Assembly: GCA_013115145.1 (NCBI GenBank)
Contig: JAAPAO010000059.1
Location: 1-64,000 of the forward strand
DNA length: 64,000 nt
Source: Perkinsus chesapeaki ATCC PRA-425
Lineage: Eukaryota; Protista; Perkinsozoa
Direction: 5' to 3'
Below the pieces are notes generated by a model. The model saw only the letters and a list, made by a program, of their open reading frames with translations, was not told the origin of the DNA and made no database searches. Shown one piece after another: positions 1 through 12,477 of the stretch (the first letter of the stretch is position 1; each line of letters opens with the position of its first letter). The translations under genes were made by a program, and so were the position numbers.

Positions 1-790
1 GTTCCAATGTTCAGGTTCCGAAATTCCGAGAAAGTGTCTAGTTGTTCAGTGAGAGAAGGCAGTACTGGCCGAACCGCGCTCATGCTTCTGAGCAGTGGTA
101 GCTTTTACATCTTCCGGAAGAGACGTGACACATGCCACGGAAACTGAAGATTTCAAGTGACGTATCTTTTTGTGCATGCGTGCAACCGTTTTTGTGGGGC
201 TAGGCTAATTGGTTTGCCGTATGGTATACCATCTGCCCCCATCTACTGCACTGCTACCTTTCTGCTACTGACAAGGATATTAACCCTCGCATACTGAGAG
301 GTTCTTTGGATTGGTGTGGTAACTACTTTGTGTTATTCACTGTGCTGGCCCACTCCCCCAGCAGTTGCTCATGAACGGTCGGAATGATGAGTTAGCCCAG
401 TTTCATTCTCAACACTTATGGTTCCAGGAACTGTGTAGCGGTATATGTTTAAAAGAGGGCCGCTAAAAAGGCAAGCGGTAAAGAATGCTCTGGTTAATGT
501 CGAGGTAGTGTTTGAGCTCGGAATATGTCATACCGTCCTGGTCAGACGGTGAGCTCATCCTCGAGTTGTCATCCAAGAAAGATGATTTGAGCTATCCTCT
601 TAGGCTCGCCTAGCAATGGCGATGTATGCCGCGTTCTTGGTGTCATGTGAAGGTGGTGATGTATGTTACGAGTGGCTGACCACTTTTCGACGACTTCATG
701 GAGTAGGCCGAATATCGCTGTGGACTTTGACAGTGCCACCTGCTGCTATGCTGCTTTGGATTAACTGTTTGATCGACAGTTCATGCTTAT

Positions 791-1173
791 GGTTGGACGC
801 CTCAATAGTCCGTATTGATAGGGTTGGACGGCTCAATAGTCCGTATTGATAGGGTTGGACGCCTCGATAGTCCGTATTGATAGGGTTGGACGCCTCAATA
901 GTCCGTATTGATAGGTTTGGACGCCTCAATAGTCCGTATTGATACNNNNNNNNNNNNNNNNNNNNNNNNNNNNNNNNNNNNNNNNNNNNNNNNNNNNNNN
1001 NNNNNNNNNNNNNNNNNNNNNNNNNNNNNNNNNNNNNNNNNNNTGGGTTGGACGCCTCAATAGTCCGTATTGATAGGGTTGGACGCCTCAATAGTCCGTA
1101 TTGATAGGGTTGGACGCCTCAATAGTCCGTATTGATAGGGTTGGACGCCTCAATAGTCCGTATTGATAGGGTT
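791..1173. repeat. 31-bp tandem minisatellite (GTTGGACGCCTCAATAGTCCGTATTGATAGG)n spanning an assembly gap
   Basis: Near-identical head-to-tail units on both sides of the N run 946-1043, with no spacers. Each unit holds a TCAATA/TATTGA inverted repeat. Confidence 0.95.
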
Positions 1174-1248
1174 ATACCGATTATAGTCGAAGGCCTTCAT
1201 AGAACTCTGTGGGTCATCGCTTAGATTGACTCTTATCTCGTCACTAGT

Positions 1249-1354
1249 GGTTTGGTAACCTACTTGTGGCAGCCACCGTCGCAAGCGGTTTGGTAACCTG
1301 CTTGTGGCAGCCATCGTCGCAAGCGGTTTGGTAACCTGCTTGTGGCAGTCATCG
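1249..1354. repeat. 38-bp tandem repeat, about 2.8 copies
   Basis: GGTTTGGTAACCT(A/G)CTTGTGGCAG recurs at 1249, 1287 and 1325. Confidence 0.9.
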
Positions 1355-2010
1355 AATGGATGGTTAGAAACCCTCCAGACGATCGTGAGCGGCAGCGCTG
1401 TTGTAGGCCATCTGTGGTCCTATGCGTGGTTTGGTTATGCTGATGAGAGTGGTTCAAGGTTGGACGTCACGCCTATCAGCACAGTGTTTCCCCGGGTAGC
1501 TTGCTATCATCACCAGAATTCCCCTCTGTATATGATCGGTTCATATTCCTTGTGCTGCGTACCATTCTGCACTGCTCAACTCCTGCTAATCTATCTAAAG
1601 CTTATAGTGTGTTGAGTTTGTAAGTGGGTGAGTGTTGAACAACGGAGAGTGAGTGGTGGCTCTTTCACTCGCTTATCAGTATTAATTGTTTTTCGCCTTT
1701 TTAGTTCATGGTGTATTGAGATGTCATCCGCGAGAATAGGGCTGTTTTTACGGGTCTACGTATTGTTGGTTCCTTTGGCTGGGCCATCAAGCTTGCGGTG
1801 TGTTTGGACTTGGCGAATCTTGCATTCTTGTCTTTCTTTTAAATTCGGTCAAAATTGATAAGTGCGTAACTTGCTACTCGTGTATTGCTGATTCCTTGGT
1901 GTTTTTGTATTTCTTCTGGTGTCTTCCAGTGTGTTGTGTTGAGTCTTGTCTAGCGACTTCCTTCATGTGGCAGCTCAGGCTTGTGGTTATTGTAATCGTG
2001 AACCTGAATA

Positions 2011-5000
2011 ATGTCTGCTTACGGGGAGACTGTGCCTTTAGATGAAGGATGGACCCTCATTAAGGAGAAGGCAATCGATAGACTAGAGTGAGCTGCTCCT
2101 GGCTGCCGTTTTTTGCCAGCCAGGCATTTTTCTTCGTAAGGTACTACTTGGATACTGGCGATGTCCCTAAGGACGTCGTACAGGTTGCTGGCAAGCCCAT
2201 TCGTATCTTTGGCGCTGGTGATTACGCCCAGCTTTATACGTACTACCGGCGCCCTTGGAGGAATCTTGTCATTTATGTGCTCAGAACGGTCTATAACATG
2301 TGTACTCAACGATCACCAAACAACTGGTCTGAGGAGCTCTATCAGCGCTATGGGGATTCCATGTCCTCTTATGTGACTAGAAAGGTAGAAGCCGCCTCGG
2401 ATTCACACGCGGGTGAAGAGGACCGTCGCTAGGTGGTACCGAAAATCGATAAACTGGAGGGTAAGGCTCTGTTGGAAGAGTTGCTACATCGATGGAACAA
2501 CCATAAGCTTTACAGCAAGTGGATGGAACGCTTCTTCACATACTTGGATCGGTACGAAAGAGGCACAGTGTGGCCGTGGAGGAGACGCCACTTTGGGCAG
2601 ATACTATGTGAAGCTGCAATCTGTCGACACTCTTGCTGTCCGAGGAGTTACCATATTTAAAATGCTTGCCTTTGACCATGGTGAGGTCCCCGCTAGGTGC
2701 CGCGCTGCCGTACTGGATATGATTAATAAGGAAAGAGAAGGTAGTGTCGGTGGATCATCGCTAGAGGATCTACCCGTTACGCTTTTGCAAGTACTTTCGC
2801 ATTTGCTGTCTGTAGTGTCGGTGTGAGTATTCCGATGAGACACGGTGATAGTATTTAAATCGCGAATCGCGCGGGAATATGCAGCTTTGTGCAGTGTATC
2901 GGTGGTAGATTCGGAAATAGATCAAAGCCTCCTGAGAGGCATTGTCAATATGCTCATTGATCTCGGTAGTGCGAGCCGATCTAGTGGTGCAGCTGATGGC
3001 CAAGCAAGCAGTTCCAGCTCAACTAAGTACGCCTATCCTTCCCACTGTTTGCCCTCACACATGTTGTTCGCTCAGCGTCACTAGTAGCAGACCGACTTTG
3101 GGCGGTGTTCCCAATCCTCCTCATGGCAGCGGAGAGTTGAGTAATCTTTGGGTCTATCAGCAGGAGCTGGAGGAGTACCTTCTTCCTCAAACTGCCGTAC
3201 TAGAATCATCGGGCTTCTAATTATCGCTACATTGTTTTGGTTCAGCGGTACTATGAGCAACAGGCAAATGCTTGGCTGGCCACGGACACTTTGCCGGAGT
3301 TCCTGATTAAGGCGGAGTCGGCGCTGATGGCAGGTGTGCCACATAAATTGGGATATGGTGGAGTGTTATTCGTTTCAGAACAGAAGAGAGTGGAAATGTA
3401 CCTACATCCCTCATCTATGCAGAAAATTAAGGATGTCGTTATTAAAGCAACGTTGGCCGACACAATGGTGGGGGGGTCTATCGAATGATTTGGGGGAAGA
3501 GCGGTGTGGATGCGAATTGATACTACTTCTCTTGCCTAGCAGTGTTTGCAGTTTGCTATTCTCACTACTGGGACGTTTGGAGTATTAACTTGATTGCTGT
3601 CTCAGTCACAAACGCTCGAGAAGGATACAGGCGTCACATGGATGTTGGACAACGATAAGAGAGAGGATCTGGTAGGCAAGCGATGTAGTGACGTGCTGGA
3701 AGTGTACTTTGTTTCAGTCGCGAATGTGGCGCATGTTCGGCTTGGTTCCTAATGGTCTTGCACCAATTGCAGCGAGTTTCAAGTAATAGGAGGCTGTCAG
3801 GCATTAAGGGGAGACTGGTTCGTTGCTCTATGCTTGAATGGGCTATTCTAGTGGGCATAGCACTAGGGCCTAAGGGTATTCCTCCTTTATAAGTATTGAC
3901 TGTAGAGTGTGCTGTACACTATAGTGGCAGATGATGTTATAGAAAAGGACCAAAGGTCAGTAAGAGCATTGTTACATCTCTGCATACTAGCGCGCAGCGC
4001 TCGATCACGCTCATTATATATTCTTAAAGGCCTATGTAACTGCTTCCTGCCGTAGTTGGCACGGGCCCTGGAGGGGGCGCTACAAGCCAACGCGCAATGG
4101 GTTAACACAGTTTTTCGGCCATGACGCTACGACGGCGTTGGATTTTAGACTCCTGACACACACGAATAGATGTCGTCCTCCTCATCGCTGGCGTATATGG
4201 GTCTTGTTGGATCAGGCAATATGTACAAGACTTGGGTAACAGTGTTGTAGACGCTCGTATTGAGCAACTGAAGGCACTGGGTCCTCAGCCAAGCCCACAG
4301 GTTAAGACTGAGGTGTTGTCTGATCCATCCTTCATACAGAGGCTCATCGATATGCATGATAGGTAGGGCTCGAAGGGAGTACGCGTGCTGCTGTATTGGC
4401 GGAATGGCGGCGGTGTGTTAGGTTTAAGAGCGTCGTAGCGGAGTGCTTCCAGTCGGACGGTTTGTTCCAGAAGAGCCTAAAGGAAGGTCATACCAGGAAG
4501 GGTGTGTGGCTTGTTACTTCAGCGTGATAAAGCGTGGAAATTTAGAGTCAAGGGAATGCAGGAAAGAGCGCTCGTATCTTGTAGATATTGTGATCCTTGG
4601 AAATCACGCTCATCTCATCTCTACATTGACCGAGAGACTGCTCGCCGGTGGCGGGTACTGACTGTTTTTTATGTGTTTTGAATAATGAATCTTTGTTATT
4701 GAGCGTACGATACTACTACAAGGACTTATATTATCACCGAGTTGCTGGCTGCTGTTGCCATCTTGTCTGTTTGAGTTGCCTTTTCCTTCCAGCTTTCGAA
4801 ACCTTCATCAACCGCGATCTGGGCCGGTTCAGCATTGCCGCTATGATGAGCAGCTTCTGTGATAAAGCGCTCCGGAAGGGAGGTAGAAGTGAAGGATCTC
4901 TCGCGAGAAGAGCGAGTGCCATTGGTAGGCGAGAAGCGTTCGGAGGAACAAGTGGACACACTTATGTCGAAGTTGGTGGATCTGTTCTCGTTCCTTACGG

Positions 5001-6772
5001 ATAAGGATGTCTTTGCTGAGATATACAGGAACCAGCTGGCCAAGAGACTCCTGTAAGGATGGTGACACAAGACGCTTTTTAGGTCGCTTCACCTTTGGGA
5101 GTAGACGTTGGTGGTATTTTTGCTGTTTTATAGTTCGATTGATGATTATAAGATGGTTCCAGTTAATAATGTTACATTCGCCGTACTGTAGTAGGTTAAA
5201 GGAGGCAGAATCTAATATTTCTTATAACTTCTGACGAAATACATGCGGTAGGTGGTATAGTAGTTGTAACCTACTATTACTTGTTCGTAACATTCATCAG
5301 TAGGATACTTTACTGCTTACTCGACTCTGTCTCCTGAGTGCCGCTTCCTCTCTATTTTATTATACCCGTCCCACATACGTCTCCATATCTATTGTATGGT
5401 TATTAAGGTACGATACCAGCGCGAGTGATGAGGCAGAGAAGAGCGTCATTCAGAAATTGAAGATGAAATGCGGGTAAGCATTGGAAGACATGAATTAACA
5501 GGATGGTATTGTTGCTAACAGAGCACAGTTCACTTCGAAGCTGGAGGGTATGATCACGGATACCTCCTTGGCCACAGACATGCAGAAACAGTTTAGGGAG
5601 TATCTTTCGCATAGGGATAATCAATCTGATCGGGAAAGGTAGCATTAGGAGGGGCGTCGCGCGCCATTAAATTGTGATGTGTGTCAGTATTGACTTCTCG
5701 GTGACGGTTCTGACCACCGGATTCTGGCCAACCTACCATGTAAGAGGAAACGGTCGCGGCTGTCGGCCCACGGTTGGCTTTTATTCAGCCGATCGATAGC
5801 GTCATTTTACCGATGCCGATGACGAGGTGCCTTAATGTCTTCACTGATTTCTATAACGGCAAGACTCAGCATCGGAAGCTCTCCTGGATCCACAGCCTCG
5901 GTACGCCATCTGGCCTTCTTCTGGCTCCTTGAGAAAGGTCGTTTGGTTCAGGTCAGGCAGTGGTGGGAGCGAAGTTCGGGCAGAGAAAGCACGACCTTAA
6001 CTGTAACACATTGCAGGTTAGATAGCTAGAGGTGTCAGAAAACGGCTACGCTATTGTGGTCAGGCGCTCATTCTTCTCCTTTTCAATAATCCATCAGCAC
6101 ATGGTGGAGACAGCGAAGGTTGGATCAGCTTCCAAGACGTAAAGGGAGGGGGTCCTTTGACATCGAAATAGCATTGATCCTCATAGATTCATACAGCAAC
6201 TGGATGCGGTGATGACAGTATGTGCAAGAAGCTGTTGGCGACGCTTAGCATAGCGAGATATAAGGTGCGGGAGAGACGAACGGCTGGGTGCTTGGGGAGT
6301 CGGAAGGCAGGTTCTGGAGAAGTCGGGATCGAATCCGAGGATAATTGATGTGGAGGAGAAGTTCAGGGTGAATCCGAAGTTCAGCTGCCCCCAGCGAAAG
6401 ATCAAGATACCGCCACCAGCCCAGGTAGGGGAAATAGTCACGCGCCACGGAATTGGGGGGTCTCATAACCTTGCGTGTAGGATGAGACGCATAAGGCGGA
6501 GCGAGTGCAGGAGGATCGATCGATCTCGATTGAGGCGGCGATAGTCCGCATTATGAAGACAAGGAAGACATGCAGTCATCAGCAGTTGGTGTCGGAGGTC
6601 TTAAATCAGCTCTCATTTTTCAAGTAGGAATTTCGTGGCGCGGTGAAGGAATTTCTACATGCTGTTCAGACCGAACCCGAAGGTTATTAAGCAGCGTATC
6701 GAGCATCTTATCGAGAGGGAGTATCTCGAGCGAGATGAGAATCAGCCTAATGTGTACCGCTACCTAGCATAG
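2011..6772 (+). CDS. CUL1: Cullin-1 (SCF scaffold), multi-exon
   Basis: Spliced exons give [96 protein letters not shown] and the C-terminal [16 protein letters not shown]. These are the canonical cullin motifs. Confidence 0.95.
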
Positions 6773-6927
6773 TAGACTGTGACGGCTGTCCCCAATTACT
6801 TTGCTGCAGCAGTGGTGGTTCTACTGCGGGTAAAAGATGTTGGTTTCGAGGCGACTAGTGATTATCATTTTGTCTACTATAATTGGCGGGGTGGAGTTTA
6901 GTGCATCACACATTGGTAGTTATTGAC

Positions 6928-7825
6928 ATGTCGAATGGAGAGATCGGCTCCTTTGTGAGCTTTGGTGACTTTGTCTGGGTGCCAGAGGGGGTAGAGGTCA
7001 CAGCGGCATCAGGGCTGAAGTCGCTGGGTGACGGGCAGTATACTAGCGCTAAGGTGGGCACTGTGAAAGTGGAGGATAATAAGGTGATAAGGGAACTGGG
7101 AGGAAGAGAGGAGTAGTTTGGGCATGTTGTAGCTGGTAATTGAAGGCCCGACAGCGCCGTTCGTGCCGCCTTCGGTGGGGGACATTGTTTATGCGAGGTA
7201 ATAACACGCCCTAGCCGGGGATGGAACTTGCGCCTCCCTCCTGTTCAGAGTTGCTCGGATCACACGGCTGAAGGCTGAATGCGTTATTGTCGGTGATCAT
7301 GCCGGGCGAGTTAACAGCTGCGGGTGGGACAGGCTAGCTACATCGCTGCGAAGGATTGCTTCTTGCTTTCTAAGGTTCCGAGGCCACATTCGAGTACAGG
7401 ATGTGCGGTACTATGACATAGACGCCGTGGCCATAGAGGACTGCTTCAGACCGGGGGACCTGGTCCGGTGCAAAGTTGTAGGAGACAGGGGAATTGCTCG
7501 GATTTTCCACTGTTATCGGTGGTATGTTCCTGCTGTCTCAGTTGTCGATGGGAGACTCTCGTAGCTATCTCCTAACCACATCGGGAACAGATGCCAGCCT
7601 GGGAGTGGTCATGGCAACGAGCGTCAATGGTGCGAGCGTCGAGTGGGTGGGTGGGAGACAGAAGTTGTGTTCAGGTCACCCTCTGGTGCCTATCTCATGG
7701 CGGCTTATGAAGTGCTCGGTAACGGGAGAGTTGGAGAAAAGGTATGCTCCTGAAGTCGGCTGAAATGCCAAAGGTGGTTCAGGAAAGTTGCCCGGCCGGT
7801 GTGGCTGAAGGACGAGGAGAAGTGA
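6928..7825 (+). CDS. CSL4: Exosome complex component CSL4 (EXOSC1), multi-exon
   Basis: Exons encode PSVGDIVYAR, FRGHIRVQDVR, DCFRPGDLVRCK, SMGDSRSYLLTT, LGVVMA, LVPISWRLMKC and EKRKVARP, matching the CSL4 S1 domain and C-terminal ribbon. Confidence 0.92.
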
Positions 7826-7987
7826 AGTGCGGCCATTACGTTGTTTACCAGTCTTATACTGCTATTGTGTTAGTGGTCTTATATCATCAACTCGTCCGGG
7901 GGGGCTCGGGAGGGATAATGGCTATTATGTAGAGCGTCGAAATGATAAGGCCTCCTTAGATAAGAAGACCCTCTGGTACCTTTACTG

Positions 7988-8064
7988 AAGCTAAGTGTCC
8001 AAGATACATCGGCACCTATACAAGGCTTCACATAGGTGCCGATGTATCTTGGACACTTCAGCTT
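7988..8064. other. Intergenic perfect 27-bp inverted repeat (hairpin) with a 12-nt loop
   Basis: 7993-8019 is the exact reverse complement of 8032-8058. The stem extends by AAGCT/AGCTT past a 1-nt bulge. Confidence 0.9.
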
Positions 8065-8452
8065 GCTTCGTACCATTGGCTGTGGTTCGAGATCATGGTA
8101 CGGGTTTATAAGCCACCTTTGTTATCGATTATTTTATTGAACCACTCTCTCGTATTGGCCACTTTGACCTCTTTGTTCAACTCTAGCTACTGTCGGAGCT
8201 CCATGTGCTGTCAGAGTTCAGTTGTGAGAGCTAGACCATTCAATTATAAGGATATAGATTTTAGAGTGGGGCGGCGGCGGCCTTAGCCTAGCATGCGGCA
8301 CCGTTGGGGAAGAAATGGTAGGCGCGGCTAGTGATATACGGGGTCTCCCAAATAGTGTCCGGGTTCCTTTTCCACATTTTTCTGGGGCCACCCTGTAGAT
8401 TGGTATATAATAATATTAAAAGGGCACATCAGAAGGTTTCCTCTCATTATTA

Positions 8453-9560
8453 ATGACAACGAAAGAGGAGCTGGAGGCCTTAAAGGTGGCCGAACTGAAG
8501 GTAAAACTGAAGGTAGGCTAAGTTGGTATTGGGAGTGACTGAGCAGTGGTGTTATAGGAAGCGAAACTGCCATTGTCGGGGACCAAGGCGGTGTTGGTTG
8601 CTAGACTGGTGGAACATTATGAGAAGGAGGAAGAAGATAAAGGAAAGGAGGGAGATGAGGAGGTTGAGGATAAAGCAACGGAAGAGGATGAGCCCAGTGA
8701 GGAGGATAAGGAGGAGCCCGTGGAAGAAAAGAAGAAAGCATCTCCAGTGAGGGATAAGGTGCCAGTGGGACACTGTCCCGCTATGCTGTATCATTGCGAT
8801 TGTAGGCCCCTGTGGAACCAGCGAAGGCGAAGACAGTTGAAAGTGATATTCCGGTGAGAACCGGCAGTAGTAGGGCGCCTTCCTCGGCAGCCGAGGACGA
8901 TGCCAACTCTTGCATGGTGGAGGCTGGTAGCAGCGCGGCGGCAATGAGCACGATAGAGGCTTCTGAAGTGAGCTCTGAGAAGGGGAAGGATACGGAGAAG
9001 GCGTCACGAGATGAAAGCATGGCAAAGAAGAGAGAGGAGTCTCTGGATGAGGACGCTGCGATGCAGGTAATAGGGAGGGCTATCGGTGGGCTTGGTAGTG
9101 ATGGTTGTGCATGGGCAGAGTCCTGGAGAGAGCCCTCGATCTGAGAAGGAGGAAGAGGGAGAGAAGGAGGTTATACAGACTAAGTCGGGTAAGGCTATAC
9201 CGAGGATTACATGGGACAATGCTGGAGGGGGAGACAGCAGCAATAGGAACACACCGGCTGAGCAAGGTACAAAGAGGCTGGATGCGTGGGCTGCAGGCAT
9301 ATGGGGATTTAGGGCGATCGCCGCCGAACCGCAAGCGGTCTCTGTCCGGTGGGGAGGATTCTGACCACAGGAGGAAGGTCGAGAGGGCCAGACGATTTGG
9401 GATGGATGAGGTAGAGAACAGTAGGCCTGGAGAGGGATTGAAGTGCATTTGGTAGGATGGAGATGAGCGTATGGTCGGTAAGGGAGAGGATGGAATTGAG
9501 TTGAAGACGCAGGCAGAAGCAGGAGGCGGAGAGACAAAGGAGGCTCCTCCTATGGCTAAG
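8453..9560 (+). CDS. SAP-domain protein with an acidic linker and a Tho1/SARNP-like RARRFG motif; 3' end uncertain
   Basis: N-terminus MTTKEELEALKVAELK...LSGTKAVLVARL is a SAP motif. An E/K-rich region follows, then KVERARRFGMDE near 9380-9410. Confidence 0.65.
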
Positions 9561-9599
9561 GCGATGGAGAAGTAGTAAAGGGTCTGGTGATGTGATCAA

Positions 9600-10193
9600 T
9601 ACTATATGGATGGTGGGTCGCAGAAATGTGTGGATTGCGTAGGATAGTGCGAAGTGACTGCGAATGGAGCGTTGAATGTGGACAGCTTCTGGAGGTGATC
9701 TGATAATCTTCGAACTCGGGATTGTAAGATTCTTGAGAGGTCGCCCTGGTGCCACTGTTGGGGGAAGGTGCTGCAATACCTGCTGTCGAGGGAGGATCCT
9801 TTCCTTGGGCAATTTCCGATAGATACGCGGATTGTCATGTATTACTAAGCTTGTCTACTTCCCCTGGCTTTCCGGTGATGGAATATCAATTTCCGACTGG
9901 GGAAACCCGACAAATATTCCAACAGTGAAAAATGAACTCAGATTCACTGAGATGGTAGAGCATGTTATGCACGACGCCCAGCTGATTACGGCCGAAGACG
10001 TACTGGCAGATGAGCGCAATGCTGACCTGCTGGATCTGGTGAGGAGGCGTTAAGATTTCTCGGCGTTACGGGCTTGCTGGTTGGTAGGCATTGGAGCAGT
10101 TCACGAAGGAGGAGGTGGCGCAGATGATGCTGGATGTTGACGGCGATATTAAGAGGGAGTTCAAATGGAGATCTGAGATCCGCTGGCCGTAAT
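9600..10193 (+). CDS. Unresolved coding exons (continuation of the SAP gene or a separate hypothetical gene)
   Basis: GT/AG-bounded protein-like segments (DERNADLLDL; ALEQFTKEEVAQMMLDVDGDIKREFKWRSEIRWP*). I could not fix the frame linkage. Confidence 0.35.
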
Positions 10194-10609
10194 GGAGAGG
10201 AGTAATGTGGCGTGGATTTGTGCTTGGCAGGCCTTCGATGTTCCATGGACGATTTCGTCGAGCCTGTAGAATGGCTGGTGTGAGAGGCATGATGGATGAG
10301 CGTGGTGGGTATTATAGTGGCAAGGGTAGGTTGATGGGTATAGGGAAGATGTTATGTTATTTGGTATTTAGGTAGCTGGGGTAAGGGAGGGGGAGGACGA
10401 TGGGGGGAAGGGGATAGAAGAGAAGGTAGGTTGGCTTCTATGCCGTTACATTTATGTCATCTGATTCACCTTACGTATCATCATGCCATCTGGTTACCTT
10501 CTTCGTATACTATCTTTATGCAACCTTACTACTAGATTTGTGCTATCTCATTTCAGCTCTTTTTTTATTATTGTACGTGCTTGAATGGTGTGTGTGTATA
10601 ATAGGTCCA

Positions 10610-12310
10610 TGGTCTGGTGGCCGCAGTGGTCCTCCTCGAGGCCGAGCAGCTTACTTTGGCCATGATGACAGGGCTGGAATAAGGGAGCCCAGCCCGCCGC
10701 TGGAAGGGTAGGGAGAAATGTCGGGTGCTGGGATCGAACCGGGGTGTGTCAGGATGGATCGCATGAGTTCTCCTACGAGACTGCGTGGAAGAGCCTTCAG
10801 TGGTGGCAAGGGATCTGGGAGGGATGAAGGCTCGGGAGGATTCCGTCCTAGACAGTCGTGGTAAAAACAGCTCACGAAGTCGGTGATACGTGGGATTGGT
10901 CCGCTTAGGGGTCGAAGTGGGAGCGGTGGAGGAGTGTGGCAGCATGATGATCGAGCCGGCGGTAGAAGCTTTGATCCTGCCAGTGAACCTTCTAGTGGGG
11001 GATTCCGCAGATCGGATGATAGGAGGTAGACTTATTCTGTTGCAGTCAGGGACGTCTGGGATTTTTGATGGGTACTTCTTACCTATTCCCACTGCATCTG
11101 TTTGTGGTCCATACCACAGAGGCTTCCAATAATAAGCACTCTTTACCATTGTACAGTCTTTGGAAATATCCTATCCCTCTGTAGAGAGATGTGATGGCTC
11201 GGGGTTCGCAGCGCAGTTAGTTTAGTCACATAGAAGCTTTAATTATAAACAGTAGGAGCCATATAGGGACTACTTCGAATCTTACTTGACCACGAGGTTA
11301 TGTAGTGGTACATACCTGGCATCCGTGCACCGTGGCTACTTCGCAGTGGTGGAGTGTGGAGCGGGTTCATACAGCCGAAATAGAGCATCAGACCTATTAG
11401 ATACACTTGTATGGATATTGTCGAGGTTATTGCTTTCAGAGGCTTCCGATCAAGATCTCGCAGCCCCCTGCCAGTACTGCAGTCCAACTTGCCTACTGAA
11501 TTGAAGAACATCGTAGAGGACTTCATCAGGGAGAACAGGCTCGATGAGAGGTGATGGAGAAGAAGATTCCGTGGGGTTAACTGCGGCATTCAGGGCGGCA
11601 TCGGCGCTCCTGCAGAGGACAACTCCAGACGTCCTGATCAGAGTTCTTGAAATGGGCCGTCTCACTGTAGTGAAAGGCTTCTCGTTGCATTGGTATGTTT
11701 TGACCTGTCAGAGCCCCAATCATTCTCGGGAGCTCATGATCCGCCTACGAGACATCGGAGGAGGTGGAGGAGGATTTAGACGGTCTGGAGGTGGAGGAGG
11801 TAGCGGTTAAAGGGTTGCTGATGGTAAAATGAAGTGGTGATTTTGCACAGGTTCGCCCTTCTCTGGTGGGAGGCGCCGTCAGTTCTCTCCGCCTCCAGCG
11901 TCACGGCGTCGTAGCCGCAGTCGTAGTGATGATCGGGCTAAGAGGTAATGTTACATCTATATAGTGTTTTAGACGGTATAAAACACTATATAGATGTACT
12001 GTAGAAGTAATGAGATGGTATAAATTATACCATCTCATTAATTCTATAAATTCAAATTCTCTATACGGTTTGTAGGCAATGGATAACAGTGTTAGCTTCT
12101 GGATGGGTGATCTCGATACTTCAGGCCTGCCTCTCCTCCGGCTTACCGTCGACCTCACCGTGGACGTCATGTGAGCAGATCTGGCAGCAGGGAAAGGACG
12201 CACCACAGCTCTTCTAGGAGGCAAAGTAACGGCACTTGAATGCCTTCTTTTCTTCACATTATCGGTGTATCAGGCCGCCATAGCAGGAGTCGATCTCGAT
12301 AGGTTATCTG
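10610..12310 (+). CDS. Arg/Ser/Gly-rich RNA-binding protein with an hnRNP-Q acidic-domain-like module; start uncertain
   Basis: Exons encode RSRSRSP, then ELKNIVEDFIRENRLDERASALLQRTTPDVLIRVLEMGRLT...SPNHSRELMIRLRD, then RGG/RS repeats. Confidence 0.55.
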
Positions 12311-12477
12311 GTTTTAGAGGACGAATTATTAGCTCGTTTACAATGCCGATGGAGTAATGATGATAGTAGAGTACTTTATGTCAGATCAGACAATAATAAC
12401 GACTATGTTTTACGCGTCTTTCTTTGCATTGTGTTACTGTCCCATCGATATCTGGTAGTGTTTTGGAACCTTTTTGA

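Noticed and set aside
1-790. Possible gene or retroelement remnant at the window start
   Set aside because: Only short stop-interrupted frames, with no recognisable RT, integrase or transposase motif.
791-1173. CRISPR array
   Set aside because: The units are directly adjacent with no unique spacers, there are no cas genes, and the context is eukaryotic.
4145-4357. Minus-strand ORF with a vaguely reverse-transcriptase-like YASDEEDD
   Set aside because: It is the shadow of a cullin exon ([18 protein letters not shown]) on the plus strand.
6928-12310. Functional clustering of RNA-processing genes (CSL4, SAP protein, SR-rich protein)
   Set aside because: Three neighbours from a very large functional class is compatible with chance in a compact genome.
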